A stretch of 64,000 bases of DNA from an uncultured Christensenella sp. (GCA_949293905.1 CASFFG010000002.1:114511-178510); one strand, 5' to 3'. Counted from the stretch's first letter, positions 46,139 through 55,439 are shown. Notes: generated by a model from the sequence alone, not told the origin. Numbers and translations are program-made.

Positions 46139-47359
46139 TCATGTTTGATTATTTATGCTCGTTTCGGGCCAAACACGCATAGGTTCTCCGTCAGGTCGAG
46201 TCGAATTAAACCACTCACTATCTTTTAGTTTAGTATCGTTATTGCTGAACACCAACCTTGTGTCTGCGCTAGATGAGAAAATGGCGACTATATTTCCGTT
46301 CATTGAAGTGAATTCGTCAGTATCCCAATTTACACAAAGCGTGGTTACATACACTGCGTCCGTGTATGCAGATATTCTATTTATAAATTCTTGGGTCGGG
46401 AACTGATTATCATATGTATCTGTATACTCGCTACTACCCGCACAACAACATACACAAACAAGTTGTGGACGAATTTGCTCTAACAAGCAATCATTAGATG
46501 ATGTTTTGCTCCCATGGTGTCCTGCCTTATATAAATCTACTCCGTTAGATAAATTTTCTCTTTGTATGCTAGGATTATTTTGAACGAGTAATTCTTCCCC
46601 CTCTTCTTCTAGGTCACCTGTGAATAAGAAATGTTGTTCTTCGTTAAAAGTGATTAAAGTACATACCGAATATTCATTGTTTGATGTTGAATTTGAGCCA
46701 TTTCCAGTCGCGCGGTTGTATGCCATTTCGTTATATAAAATCTCAATTTCAAGCGCGTTATCTTCACTATAAAATTTTAGATTGTTGCCCTCAGTAATTT
46801 CGCTTGCGTCATAGTACGAATAGGTTAATCCGTCCGTACCATTAAGCGCAAGTTCCGCGTCTCTCTCGCTGATATATTTTTCTAATGTTTTAGTTTCAGT
46901 TTGATATGCAGAACCAAAATCAATTATATTTGTGCAATTATATAAATCGAAAATACTCCCATTCGTTAAAGTAAAGCCAGCATAATGGTCTGTATGCGCG
47001 TGTGTTACGATTACATATTCAAGTGTATTGTCCGTGACATATTGATTTAAATACGCACTCACTGCGGACACGCTATTTGTCTTTGACCCGCAGTCGATTA
47101 AAATATCTAAATCACCATATTTTATGTATGTACAATCACCTGTATATTTGTTGCCTAACTCTGGAAAATGAATAGACAACTCGCCGTCGGTAAATGCGAT
47201 CGGGTCGCTGGTGATAGTAGTTTCTGCATTTGTGTAATATAGGGTCTCGCCTACAGTTAAAACATCGGTAAGCGGAAGGGTAAAATAAACCACTCCAACA
47301 AGCCCTACTACCGCGCCGATAACGAGAGATAAAATACTAAATAAAATCTTCTTACCCAT
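46139..47359 (-). CDS. membrane-anchored metallo-beta-lactamase fold protein (ComEC C-terminal-domain-like)
   Basis: N-terminal TM helix. HAHTDHYAG (HxHxDH) and KAGHHGSKTSS motifs typical of the ComEC/Rec2 MBL domain. No ComEC channel domain is present. Confidence 0.75.
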   Translation of the reverse strand: MGKKILFSILSLVIGAVVGLVGVVYFTLPLTDVLTVGETLYYTNAETTITSDPIAFTDGELSIHFPELGNKYTGDCTYIKYGDLDILIDCGSKTNSVSAVSAYLNQYVTDNTLEYVIVTHAHTDHYAGFTLTNGSIFDLYNCTNIIDFGSAYQTETKTLEKYISERDAELALNGTDGLTYSYYDASEITEGNNLKFYSEDNALEIEILYNEMAYNRATGNGSNSTSNNEYSVCTLITFNEEQHFLFTGDLEEEGEELLVQNNPSIQRENLSNGVDLYKAGHHGSKTSSNDCLLEQIRPQLVCVCCCAGSSEYTDTYDNQFPTQEFINRISAYTDAVYVTTLCVNWDTDEFTSMNGNIVAIFSSSADTRLVFSNNDTKLKDSEWFNSTRPDGEPMRVWPETSINNQT

Positions 47360-47906
47360 TTCCTACCTCGCTATTTGAAACAATTCCGTTTGTTACGCTT
47401 GATAATTCTTCGTCTAAATTGTCATCATCACTCGGTTCAACGAATGTGATAAGTCTAACCTTTTCAATTTTAAAAATTGAGCCATATTTTAAGCAGTCCA
47501 CAGTGTAAACGATATAGTATGTACCAACACTTATCTCTCCGTCTGCGTCAGTTTCAGGGATATAATTCCCGTAAGCATCTTTTACTAAGTTTGTCCTAAC
47601 ATGAACCTTATCCGTCATATCCCTTCCAAACGAAATAACTTTTACTCCTTCGTCCACATACGATTCAGCGGTAGTAAGTGTCAATTCGTCCGCTCCTATT
47701 AATTCAAAACAATCATTTCTGGTCATGTAGTAAGTTAGTCCACCACCAACGGCCAAACCTAAGATTAAAAATACAATGACAATTCCTACCACACCCTTAG
47801 TTAATTTCTTAACCTTCTTTTTGCTCGATTTACTGGTCTTAGAATCTATTGAAAAATCAAAAGATACTTTTTTACTTTCTTTTGAGGCATTCTTTTTGCT
47901 AGCCAT
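47352..47906 (-). CDS. membrane-anchored protein with Ig-like (DUF5011-like) domain
   Basis: Basic N-terminus, one TM helix, then ELIGADELTLTTAESYVDEGVKVISFG...GTYYIVYTV. Overlaps the MBL gene by 8 nt. AAGGAGGG RBS. Confidence 0.5.
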   Translation of the reverse strand: MASKKNASKESKKVSFDFSIDSKTSKSSKKKVKKLTKGVVGIVIVFLILGLAVGGGLTYYMTRNDCFELIGADELTLTTAESYVDEGVKVISFGRDMTDKVHVRTNLVKDAYGNYIPETDADGEISVGTYYIVYTVDCLKYGSIFKIEKVRLITFVEPSDDDNLDEELSSVTNGIVSNSEVGNG

Positions 47907-48171
47907 AATCCCTCCTTTTTTTTAGATTATAGCATAAAAATTAAGATAATTAAAAACAAAATGAAAGATTTTAATTAAACTTGCTAGAATATTTTTATTT
48001 ACATTCTTATTTAAAATTATAAAATTTAAAACTGAAAATATATTTATAAAAAAATAAAAAAATTACAAAAATAATCTAAAAAAAATAGCATTTTTATTAG
48101 TTTTTTCGTAATTTTTGAATAATTTTTTGATATTTTTTAATTTTTTTGCAATTTATTTTAAATATTAATAA

Positions 48172-48714
48172 TTAATTTTTTCCCAATACAATTTTATTAT
48201 ATGTATTTTTCATGTACTTTTTATTTAAGATTTCCTTTTCTCCTAGGTCTACCAAATCAGTAAATACGCGAGTAAAAAATTCTTTCATTCTATCGTTCGT
48301 TTGTGCTAGATTTCCCCATTTTAACCAATGGTTTAAAACCATCTCTGGAGTATAATCTTTTCCTTTATAGCACTTTGTTGCAGCAATCTTATCGCAAACA
48401 CATTCGACCGCATATTTGTACGGCATATTCATTTGAACTTCATTTTCCCTGTCGTACCAATATTCGATATGGTGTTTATTCCTATTTTTATGATGAATCC
48501 AAGCGAGCGAATATCCGTTAATGTCTCTACACTCGCTTATCGGCGAACGGCGACCAGTATAATATTTAACACCTTCTCTAAATTCAGTAAAACTGAACTT
48601 AGATAAATCATGCACAAGTCCACGCCAAAATAACCCGCACTTACAGCATAATTTAAAAACTTCGAGCCTGTGCTTTGTAACCAAACTTAGATGTTTAAAA
48701 AATTTATTTCTCAT
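48172..48714 (-). CDS. DUF5662-like protein with HD-type motifs
   Basis: TKHRLEVFKLCCKCGLFWRGLVHDLSKFSFTEF...AWIHHKNRNKHHIEYW matches my recollection of DUF5662. The H...HD...HH pattern is visible. Confidence 0.6.
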   Translation of the reverse strand: MRNKFFKHLSLVTKHRLEVFKLCCKCGLFWRGLVHDLSKFSFTEFREGVKYYTGRRSPISECRDINGYSLAWIHHKNRNKHHIEYWYDRENEVQMNMPYKYAVECVCDKIAATKCYKGKDYTPEMVLNHWLKWGNLAQTNDRMKEFFTRVFTDLVDLGEKEILNKKYMKNTYNKIVLGKN

Positions 48715-49591
48715 TTGAGTATCCCATTTTAATAAAGAAATCTCTAAAAATTTCGTCCCTGTTCAAGTCATATACAAAAGTAATTTTGTGTCTATTCTTT
48801 GTGAATTTGTATGATGTATCATCTAAAATCTTAGGGCAACTTATTTCGTTTGTTTTGAACCAATCTTTATTGATTAGATAGGCAATTGCGCTTATATCCC
48901 AAAGGACTTTACTCTCTCCAATATTATCATTAGATTTCTTTCTATGAACTTTCTTGCAATCTTTAAATATATCAATTAAATATTGACCAATTTCGCCAGC
49001 ATTTTTTAAATAATGTTCTAATTCATATAATGTTGTAGATAGATTAGACGCAACATTCCTACAAGGAATAACAGCTAATTTAACTTTAGAATTGTAGACG
49101 ATTCTTACCGCCTCAATATCTAGTCTAAAATTATATTCATTATTATTTTCCGTTAAAAAACTATTCCCGCCGAGCCAAATAATATCAATTTTGTCTACAA
49201 TCTCTGGCGCGTGATAAATCGCTAGCGCAACATTTGTTAAAGCCCCAATCGCAACAATTGTTGTGTGAATATTCCTTTTTGCTAGTTCAATAATTTTTTC
49301 AGTCGCCGGATTTTTTTCTTTACTCTCAAAAGTATACGCCCTAGCCCCTTTATATATTAATTTTTTACATTTCCCGGCATTGAGAAGGTCTAAAATTTTA
49401 TTTGCGGTATTTGTAGATATGTCTGTTCCTTCTGCGATGGTTTCAACAGGCATATACTTACTATTTTTAAATGGAGCAATAGTTATTGCTTGTAAATTGA
49501 TATTTTTTAACGATTTTATAAGATAACTGAGTGCGAACTGGTCATCTATTTCGTTAGATATATCAGTGTCAATTATTAAATTGCTTTTCAT
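48704..49591 (-). CDS. nucleoside hydrolase (IU-NH family)
   Basis: N-terminal aspartate cluster IIDTDISNEIDDQFAL. About 295 aa, typical of the family. Confidence 0.85.
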   Translation of the reverse strand: MKSNLIIDTDISNEIDDQFALSYLIKSLKNINLQAITIAPFKNSKYMPVETIAEGTDISTNTANKILDLLNAGKCKKLIYKGARAYTFESKEKNPATEKIIELAKRNIHTTIVAIGALTNVALAIYHAPEIVDKIDIIWLGGNSFLTENNNEYNFRLDIEAVRIVYNSKVKLAVIPCRNVASNLSTTLYELEHYLKNAGEIGQYLIDIFKDCKKVHRKKSNDNIGESKVLWDISAIAYLINKDWFKTNEISCPKILDDTSYKFTKNRHKITFVYDLNRDEIFRDFFIKMGYSNEK

Positions 49592-50160
49592 AATTTTTGT
49601 ACCTTATCATATAAATTTACCCAACTAGTTACACTTGGCAATCCCTTACCTTCTCCTTTATGGTATTTAGTACGCATTAAATAACAATTAATACCATTCT
49701 CTCTCATTAGTCTACACTTATCTGGTCTATCATCAAACATAATATCAATTTTATTTTCCCTACATTCCTTCGTCTTATCTGGTGATTTAGACAGAACTAA
49801 TTTTGTGTAATTTATATGATTCTTTTTTAGCCAATCAAGTGTCGTTTTTTTAGGAGATTTATAATTAGGATACACTCTATGTGATATAAGAATGAGTTTA
49901 TGTCCTTCTTCTAATAACTTATCCATATATTTTTTGCAATTTCTTCTTGGGCGCAAATCTTTTGCTATCCGTTCCATGTTTTGAGCATAGAACTCATCAA
50001 CTTCTTCTTGTGACCAGTCAAACATTCCAAGATTTATATGACTTGCTTTACTGTTAACAACACCGCGGTTTCTCTTATTTTTATCTTCTTTTAAAAACTC
50101 TTTCAAAACCGCCCTATCAAAAGCAGTTATAACGTTGTCTATATCTAATCCTATATTCAT
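49588..50160 (-). CDS. HAD-superfamily 5'(3')-deoxyribonucleotidase-like protein (NT5C-like)
   Basis: Motif I GLDIDNVIT (DxD) and distal MFDDRPD. 190 aa. ATGA overlap with the nucleoside hydrolase gene. Confidence 0.6.
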   Translation of the reverse strand: MNIGLDIDNVITAFDRAVLKEFLKEDKNKRNRGVVNSKASHINLGMFDWSQEEVDEFYAQNMERIAKDLRPRRNCKKYMDKLLEEGHKLILISHRVYPNYKSPKKTTLDWLKKNHINYTKLVLSKSPDKTKECRENKIDIMFDDRPDKCRLMRENGINCYLMRTKYHKGEGKGLPSVTSWVNLYDKVQKL

Positions 50161-50248
50161 GAGCGCTCCTAAATCTTTAGTATTTTTTAATTTAATATTA
50201 AGTTTCGCTTACTACCTTATTTTAAGTTTTTATAAATTTACATTTAAT

Positions 50249-51907
50249 TTATTTATCCAACTTTTCGATTAATCTATTAATGCGCTTTATATTTTCGTCA
50301 CGACCTAAAATTTTCATAATAGAGTAAAGTTCTGGGCTATTTTCCTTACCCGTTATTGCAATACGCAAAAACTTTGTTGCGTCACTAATATTCCCAGCAT
50401 ACGAACTTGGGTCTTGTTTATAAGTTTTATTATCCGTAAAATTATGTTTAAAAGCGATTGATTTCACTATCTCAAACCATTCGCCATTGTCTACACCTAA
50501 ATTATAATTTTTTACATAATCTTTAAGGAAGTCTACTAAGTCCGCCCTATTCACCGCACCCAAATTAATCTCAGCATTGTTCTCAAAATTAGGTAGAACA
50601 TAATCATAAAGAGATAAAATTTCGCTAAAATATGTTATATCTTTTCTTGGGCGGACAGTTCCGCGGTCGATAGAAAATACTTTAATTAAATTTTCCTTGT
50701 TTTTAACAAGAGTCATCTCAGCGTCCTTATCATAATCGCGCGCCCACTCTAAAGCGGAATCAAAAACTTTTTCCGCACTATAGCGCGAAATTATCGACTT
50801 TGAAATATCATTCAATTTCATGAAATCAAATAGTGGGTTTGTAACCCCGATTTTTTTGAGTTCAAACGGGAATTCTGTGTATGATAAATCTGGATTGTTT
50901 TTCCTCCAAATTTCAAAATCACTATTAAGTAAATTTAGTAAATATTCAATTACCGCTTCCACAGGATAACCTTGCTTCAAGAAGAAGCGGACATCAGCGA
51001 ATTTATCCTTTCGTTTACTAATTTTACGCTTATTCCCATTCTCATCAAGCACGCAAATATTAGGAGTGTGTGCGTATTTAAACGGTTTAAAATCAAACGC
51101 TCGCGATAGTTCAATATGAACAGGAAGCGATTGATACCACTCCTGCCCGCGAATTACGGTCGTTGTGTGCATAAGTGTATCGTCCACGATATGCGCGAAA
51201 GCATATACTGGAATGCCATTCGACTTTATGAGCACATCGTCTTTTTCGTTCTCCCTAACTTCCTTTTTACCCTTGATTAAATCTGTAAAAGTATGCGTTT
51301 TACTACTATCTCCAAGTGACAATAATCTTAATGCGAAAGGTTTTTTATCTTCTAAATTCTTTTTTATGTCGTCTAAACTCAAATTCCTACACGGGTCATG
51401 CTCTGCAATATCGCTATTTTCATTAAGTTCACTTAATCTATCTTCTCTTATCTCTTCTACATTCTCACGAGCCTTGCAAAAACATGGAAATGCGCGCCCA
51501 CGCTTAACCAATTCGTGAGCAAAAGCATGATAAATTTCAATTCTCTCTGTCTGTTTATACGGACCATAATCTCCAATTTCGCTCGCGTCACCGCGATAGC
51601 CCTCGTCAGGTTTCAAACCAAAACGGCATAGCATTTCATAGGCGATTTCGCCCGCCTTTTCAACTTCTCGTTTATTATCAGTATCTTCAAGGCGCGCATA
51701 AAAAATTCCGTTCGTTCTATTTGCAACCATTCTATGAACGACCGCTTGGTATAACTGTCCAATATGCAAATACCCAGTAGGGCTAGGCGCAATACGAGTA
51801 ACTTCGCCAGCCGTCTTTCTCTCCGGATATTTCTTCATATAATAATCTAGCGATTTTGCCTTAGGATAAAGTAAATCTGCTAATTCCAAATATTCCTTTT
51901 CTTCCAT
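50249..51907 (-). CDS. gltX: glutamate--tRNA ligase
   Basis: RIAPSPTGYLHIGQ (HIGH region) and KISKRK (KMSKS). 552 aa. Confidence 0.9.
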   Translation of the reverse strand: MEEKEYLELADLLYPKAKSLDYYMKKYPERKTAGEVTRIAPSPTGYLHIGQLYQAVVHRMVANRTNGIFYARLEDTDNKREVEKAGEIAYEMLCRFGLKPDEGYRGDASEIGDYGPYKQTERIEIYHAFAHELVKRGRAFPCFCKARENVEEIREDRLSELNENSDIAEHDPCRNLSLDDIKKNLEDKKPFALRLLSLGDSSKTHTFTDLIKGKKEVRENEKDDVLIKSNGIPVYAFAHIVDDTLMHTTTVIRGQEWYQSLPVHIELSRAFDFKPFKYAHTPNICVLDENGNKRKISKRKDKFADVRFFLKQGYPVEAVIEYLLNLLNSDFEIWRKNNPDLSYTEFPFELKKIGVTNPLFDFMKLNDISKSIISRYSAEKVFDSALEWARDYDKDAEMTLVKNKENLIKVFSIDRGTVRPRKDITYFSEILSLYDYVLPNFENNAEINLGAVNRADLVDFLKDYVKNYNLGVDNGEWFEIVKSIAFKHNFTDNKTYKQDPSSYAGNISDATKFLRIAITGKENSPELYSIMKILGRDENIKRINRLIEKLDK

Positions 51908-51913
51908 AATTTC

Positions 51914-53053
51914 CTATTCTCCAATAAGGATATCTATCATCTCATTAACAATGTCACAATAATAATCTAAAATAAGGGCATTATTATCAATTATGTTAAT
52001 GTATGTTGCTTCTAAATCTCCCACACTATGATTGTCTTTTATTAGCGCATACCTGATTGAAACAAAGGCTTTTTTGAAAACCTCTTCATCATTATCTATG
52101 GCTGATTGAACATTGCACATCTGTTGAGAAAGATACAAATATCTTGCCTTTAATTCAGCGTCATTATTTACCGCCTGCCCCTCATATTGCGAGATATCAC
52201 GATTAAGATTATCTATTGTGCTCTTAAAACTCTCAAACTCACTTAACACTGCATTAATTATGGTTACATCTTCACTATCTGTGGAAGTCCACGGCAAACT
52301 CGCACCGAGAACTTGTTTTTCAACAAAATTTCGTGACAAGTTACTGCACAAGTACTCTATACGATTTTTAAAGACGCTCACTGCTTCCGTTGCATTGAAT
52401 GTCGTAATATCCATACTGTTAAAATTAGGGTTTCCGTCGCGCAAGATATGATAATAGTACGCGTCCGCTAAGTCAACAGACAAATTTGCGCCATACTCAA
52501 GAACGGAATCAAAGGCTCTAAATGTTCTATCAAGTCTATTCAAACAATTCTGGGTAGAATTTATTATTGATATTGCGTCACTGATACTCACGGCATTGTT
52601 TGTATAATAATTTGTATACTCAATCAAATCGCCTATAGTACTATCAAGTGTGCGAAGTGCTGAATTAAGGCTATCTAAATCCGCTTTTATAGAATTTTTT
52701 AAATTATCATCGTTTATTTCATTATTTCTAGCACATATTGAAATATAGTTGTTCGTAAAGTCTAGCGTCTGCCCTAAGATAAAGCCATAAAAATTATCAA
52801 GTCTAGCATAAACCCCTTCTCCACTAGATATAGCGGAAATCAAGGCTGTACTAGAAGAATAATCGATTGTGATATTTACTATGCCGTCCGTACCCCTTAC
52901 TATATCTATGTATTCATAATTGTTCCCCGCGCTTATATAATCGTTGACGACATTATCCATATTATATACAGTATCATCTGTGCATGCGGAAAAAATCATC
53001 ACGCTTGGAAGCATGAAAATTGCTAATAATACGCACAACCACTTTCTTTTCAT
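51914..53053 (-). CDS. hypothetical lipoprotein
   Basis: Lipobox FSAC (Cys24). N/S/T/D-rich, predicted helical. AGGAG RBS. No family recognised. Confidence 0.55.
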   Translation of the reverse strand: MKRKWLCVLLAIFMLPSVMIFSACTDDTVYNMDNVVNDYISAGNNYEYIDIVRGTDGIVNITIDYSSSTALISAISSGEGVYARLDNFYGFILGQTLDFTNNYISICARNNEINDDNLKNSIKADLDSLNSALRTLDSTIGDLIEYTNYYTNNAVSISDAISIINSTQNCLNRLDRTFRAFDSVLEYGANLSVDLADAYYYHILRDGNPNFNSMDITTFNATEAVSVFKNRIEYLCSNLSRNFVEKQVLGASLPWTSTDSEDVTIINAVLSEFESFKSTIDNLNRDISQYEGQAVNNDAELKARYLYLSQQMCNVQSAIDNDEEVFKKAFVSIRYALIKDNHSVGDLEATYINIIDNNALILDYYCDIVNEMIDILIGE

Positions 53054-53076
53054 ATATCTCCTATTTTATCGTTGAT

Positions 53077-53934
53077 CTAATTAATACCAAACATTTGTTT
53101 GAATGAATACGCAGTAGTTTCATTTATATTAGTGCTATTTTCACTAGCCGAAGTGATTAAATTAGATAAGTCGTTTGCTACGGTTTGCTTAGCACAAAGT
53201 GCGTAATCGGTAATAAATTTGTTGGCGTATGAATTAAAACTAACAGATATATCATCGCCCTTCATTAAATACCCCGAACTGAAATTTACATTCGTAATCA
53301 AAATGTTAATATTAGATGTACTATTTATAACCGTGATGTTGTCACTATTTTGAATTAGTCTTGAACAATCGTTAATTATCACGCGCGAATAAAGGTCAAT
53401 CACTGAAAATTTAACATCACTAGTTGAATCCATGTAACTAGTGATTGTATTATTCATTAAAAGAATAAATTCAGCATAGTCCACAAGGTAGGCACAAATA
53501 TCTCTGTAACTTGCGTTTGCACCCGTCATCACATTAAACGACGGAGTATGTCCAATATGTATAAAATAGTCTTCCATTAATATATTTGCAGAATCTCTTG
53601 AATTCTCCATAGTTTCCAATGCTTCAACAATCGCAGTTTCGTCAATATCTTCTTCTCTATCTCGTATTATGGTTAAATATGGTATGAGCGTTCTTGTAAT
53701 GTCTTCTAAATCTGCATTAATTTCAATGAGAGTATTAAATCTATTTCCTGAAATATCTTCTATTCGGGTTAAATTACTATCGAAATCGGCTTGCACACTC
53801 GAATTTAAGAAAGAATCAACCGCACTAAAACTCTCCCTTCTTTCACTAAGGTTTGTATAGAAAACATAACATGTACCGCCCACCGACGCTACAATTACGA
53901 TAACTATCAGCAACCATTTAAAAAACTTTTTCAT
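53077..53934 (-). CDS. hypothetical signal-anchored protein
   Basis: Start moved to ATG 53934 (MKKFFKWLLIVIVIV...), because a perfect promoter occupies the first 30 nt of the ORF-track model. Confidence 0.5.
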   Translation of the reverse strand: MKKFFKWLLIVIVIVASVGGTCYVFYTNLSERRESFSAVDSFLNSSVQADFDSNLTRIEDISGNRFNTLIEINADLEDITRTLIPYLTIIRDREEDIDETAIVEALETMENSRDSANILMEDYFIHIGHTPSFNVMTGANASYRDICAYLVDYAEFILLMNNTITSYMDSTSDVKFSVIDLYSRVIINDCSRLIQNSDNITVINSTSNINILITNVNFSSGYLMKGDDISVSFNSYANKFITDYALCAKQTVANDLSNLITSASENSTNINETTAYSFKQMFGIN

Positions 53935-53940
53935 GTAATA

Positions 53941-53969
53941 ATTATATCTTTTCGCACTATCCATGTCAA
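53941..53969 (-). promoter_or_regulatory. perfect consensus promoter, leaderless configuration
   Basis: Minus strand: TTGACA (53969-53964), 17-nt spacer, TATAAT (53946-53941), 6 nt (TATTAC), ATG at 53934. Confidence 0.7.
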
Positions 53970-54092
53970 ACTATTATTTAAAAATAATAAAGATTAATAG
54001 TTCAATAAATGCAATAAGGTTAAAATATTAATAAAAGTTTAATTAAACTTAAATTCAATTTTATTTTTAGATAATAAATAATTCGGTTTAAT

Positions 54093-54121
54093 TTGCGTTT
54101 TTTAATTGATTTATGTATAAT
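54093..54121 (+). promoter_or_regulatory. promoter, leaderless configuration, of the FabG-like gene
   Basis: TTGCGT (54093-54098), 17-nt spacer, TATAAT (54116-54121), 6 nt (AAGTAC), ATG at 54128. Confidence 0.6.
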
Positions 54122-54127
54122 AAGTAC

Positions 54128-54847
54128 ATGGGGAAAAAGATTGTTTTAATTACAGGTGCTAGCGGAGGAATTGGTCGAGCAATAGTCGACAAATTTTTGA
54201 GTGACAATTATCATGTCATCTATATTTATAATTCAACTTCTCCCGACTCAAAATTAAAGGCAAAAAAAAATATTTCTTTCTATAAATGCAACTTATTAAG
54301 CACCAGCGAAATTGAAAAGGTCATTCAGGATATTCTAACTAAATTTAAGAAAATTGATGTACTAATTAATTCGGCGGGTGTATCACACTTTGGATTAATT
54401 CAAGATATTAATGAAGACGAGTATTATAAAGTTTTCGACAGCAATGCGAAATCAATTATATTTATGATAAAGCATGTCGTTAAATCTATGATTAGTGAAA
54501 AATGTGGGAGCATAATCAATATTTCTTCCATGTGGGGAAAAGTTGGTTCAAGTATGGAATCTATTTACTCTGCTAGTAAGGGAGCGATAAATACTCTCAC
54601 TCTATCACTTGCAAAAGAACTAGGTCCAAGTAACATTCGCGTAAACGCAATTTGTCCAGGACTTATTGATACAAAAATGAATTCAAGTTTAACTAAGGAC
54701 ACGATTGACTCAATAGTAAATGAAACTCCACTCTTACGAATGGGAACGGCAGAAGATGTTGCGAATTTATGTTTGTTTTTAGCAAGCGAAAATTCTAGTT
54801 TCATAACCGGGCAACTAATTAATGTGGACGGCGGGTTTTCAATATAA
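54128..54847 (+). CDS. 3-oxoacyl-ACP reductase-like SDR
   Basis: MGKKIVLITGASGGIGRAI, NSAG, YSASKGA and PGLIDT motifs. Start moved to ATG 54128. Confidence 0.85.
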   Translation: MGKKIVLITGASGGIGRAIVDKFLSDNYHVIYIYNSTSPDSKLKAKKNISFYKCNLLSTSEIEKVIQDILTKFKKIDVLINSAGVSHFGLIQDINEDEYYKVFDSNAKSIIFMIKHVVKSMISEKCGSIINISSMWGKVGSSMESIYSASKGAINTLTLSLAKELGPSNIRVNAICPGLIDTKMNSSLTKDTIDSIVNETPLLRMGTAEDVANLCLFLASENSSFITGQLINVDGGFSI

Positions 54848-54879
54848 AAAATTCACTAGTGCATTTTAGTGAATTTTTC
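54846..54879 (+). terminator. rho-independent terminator
   Basis: AAAAATTCACTA (54847-54858) pairs with TAGTGAATTTTT (54867-54878). Confidence 0.8.
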
Positions 54880-54940
54880 TAAAATTTTTAAAATTTAATA
54901 AAATTTTCATATATTTTATGATTTTTTATTAATATTTTTA

Positions 54941-54970
54941 ATTTTTTATTGATTTTTTTGATATTTTTAT
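54941..54970 (-). repeat. T-tract element copy 1, immediately 3' of a minus-strand gene
   Basis: ATTTTTTATTGATTTTTTTGATATTTTTAT. It differs from 56465-56492 only in T-run lengths. Confidence 0.7.
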
Positions 54971-54974
54971 TAAT

Positions 54975-55439
54975 TTATTGTCTAGTATTTTTTGTATTTC
55001 TTGTATCTTTTTCCCTCTCATCATCTGCCGATACATTATATGCCAATCTTTCACCCACGCACCATGTAGCAATTAGATAACCAGTAGTCATCAAAGCAAG
55101 CATAGAAATGGATAAGAATAAATTGAAGTAATCGGTAGCGAGTCCGTCCATACCAGCATTTACGAAATAAAGAATACATGACATAATTACAGCAAGTAAA
55201 CTTAGGACATAAACGATTATTCCTGAAATAAACTTGCCTTCACGATTTGATGTGCAAATTATATCAAATATCGTTACACCAATCACGAAGCCTGTCCAAA
55301 TGTAATAAATTACCTTTGCCCACATAGCAACATCTCTAATCGTTAGTGCATAAATGAAGAAAGCGGAACTAGCAAGAGTCAATATAACTAATGTGTAATA
55401 TACTACTCTTGCCATGATTTTTTTACTATCTAAACTCAT
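54975..55439 (-). CDS. hypothetical 4-TM membrane protein
   Basis: Four hydrophobic helices. GGGGAGG RBS. No family recognised. Confidence 0.5.
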   Translation of the reverse strand: MSLDSKKIMARVVYYTLVILTLASSAFFIYALTIRDVAMWAKVIYYIWTGFVIGVTIFDIICTSNREGKFISGIIVYVLSLLAVIMSCILYFVNAGMDGLATDYFNLFLSISMLALMTTGYLIATWCVGERLAYNVSADDEREKDTRNTKNTRQ

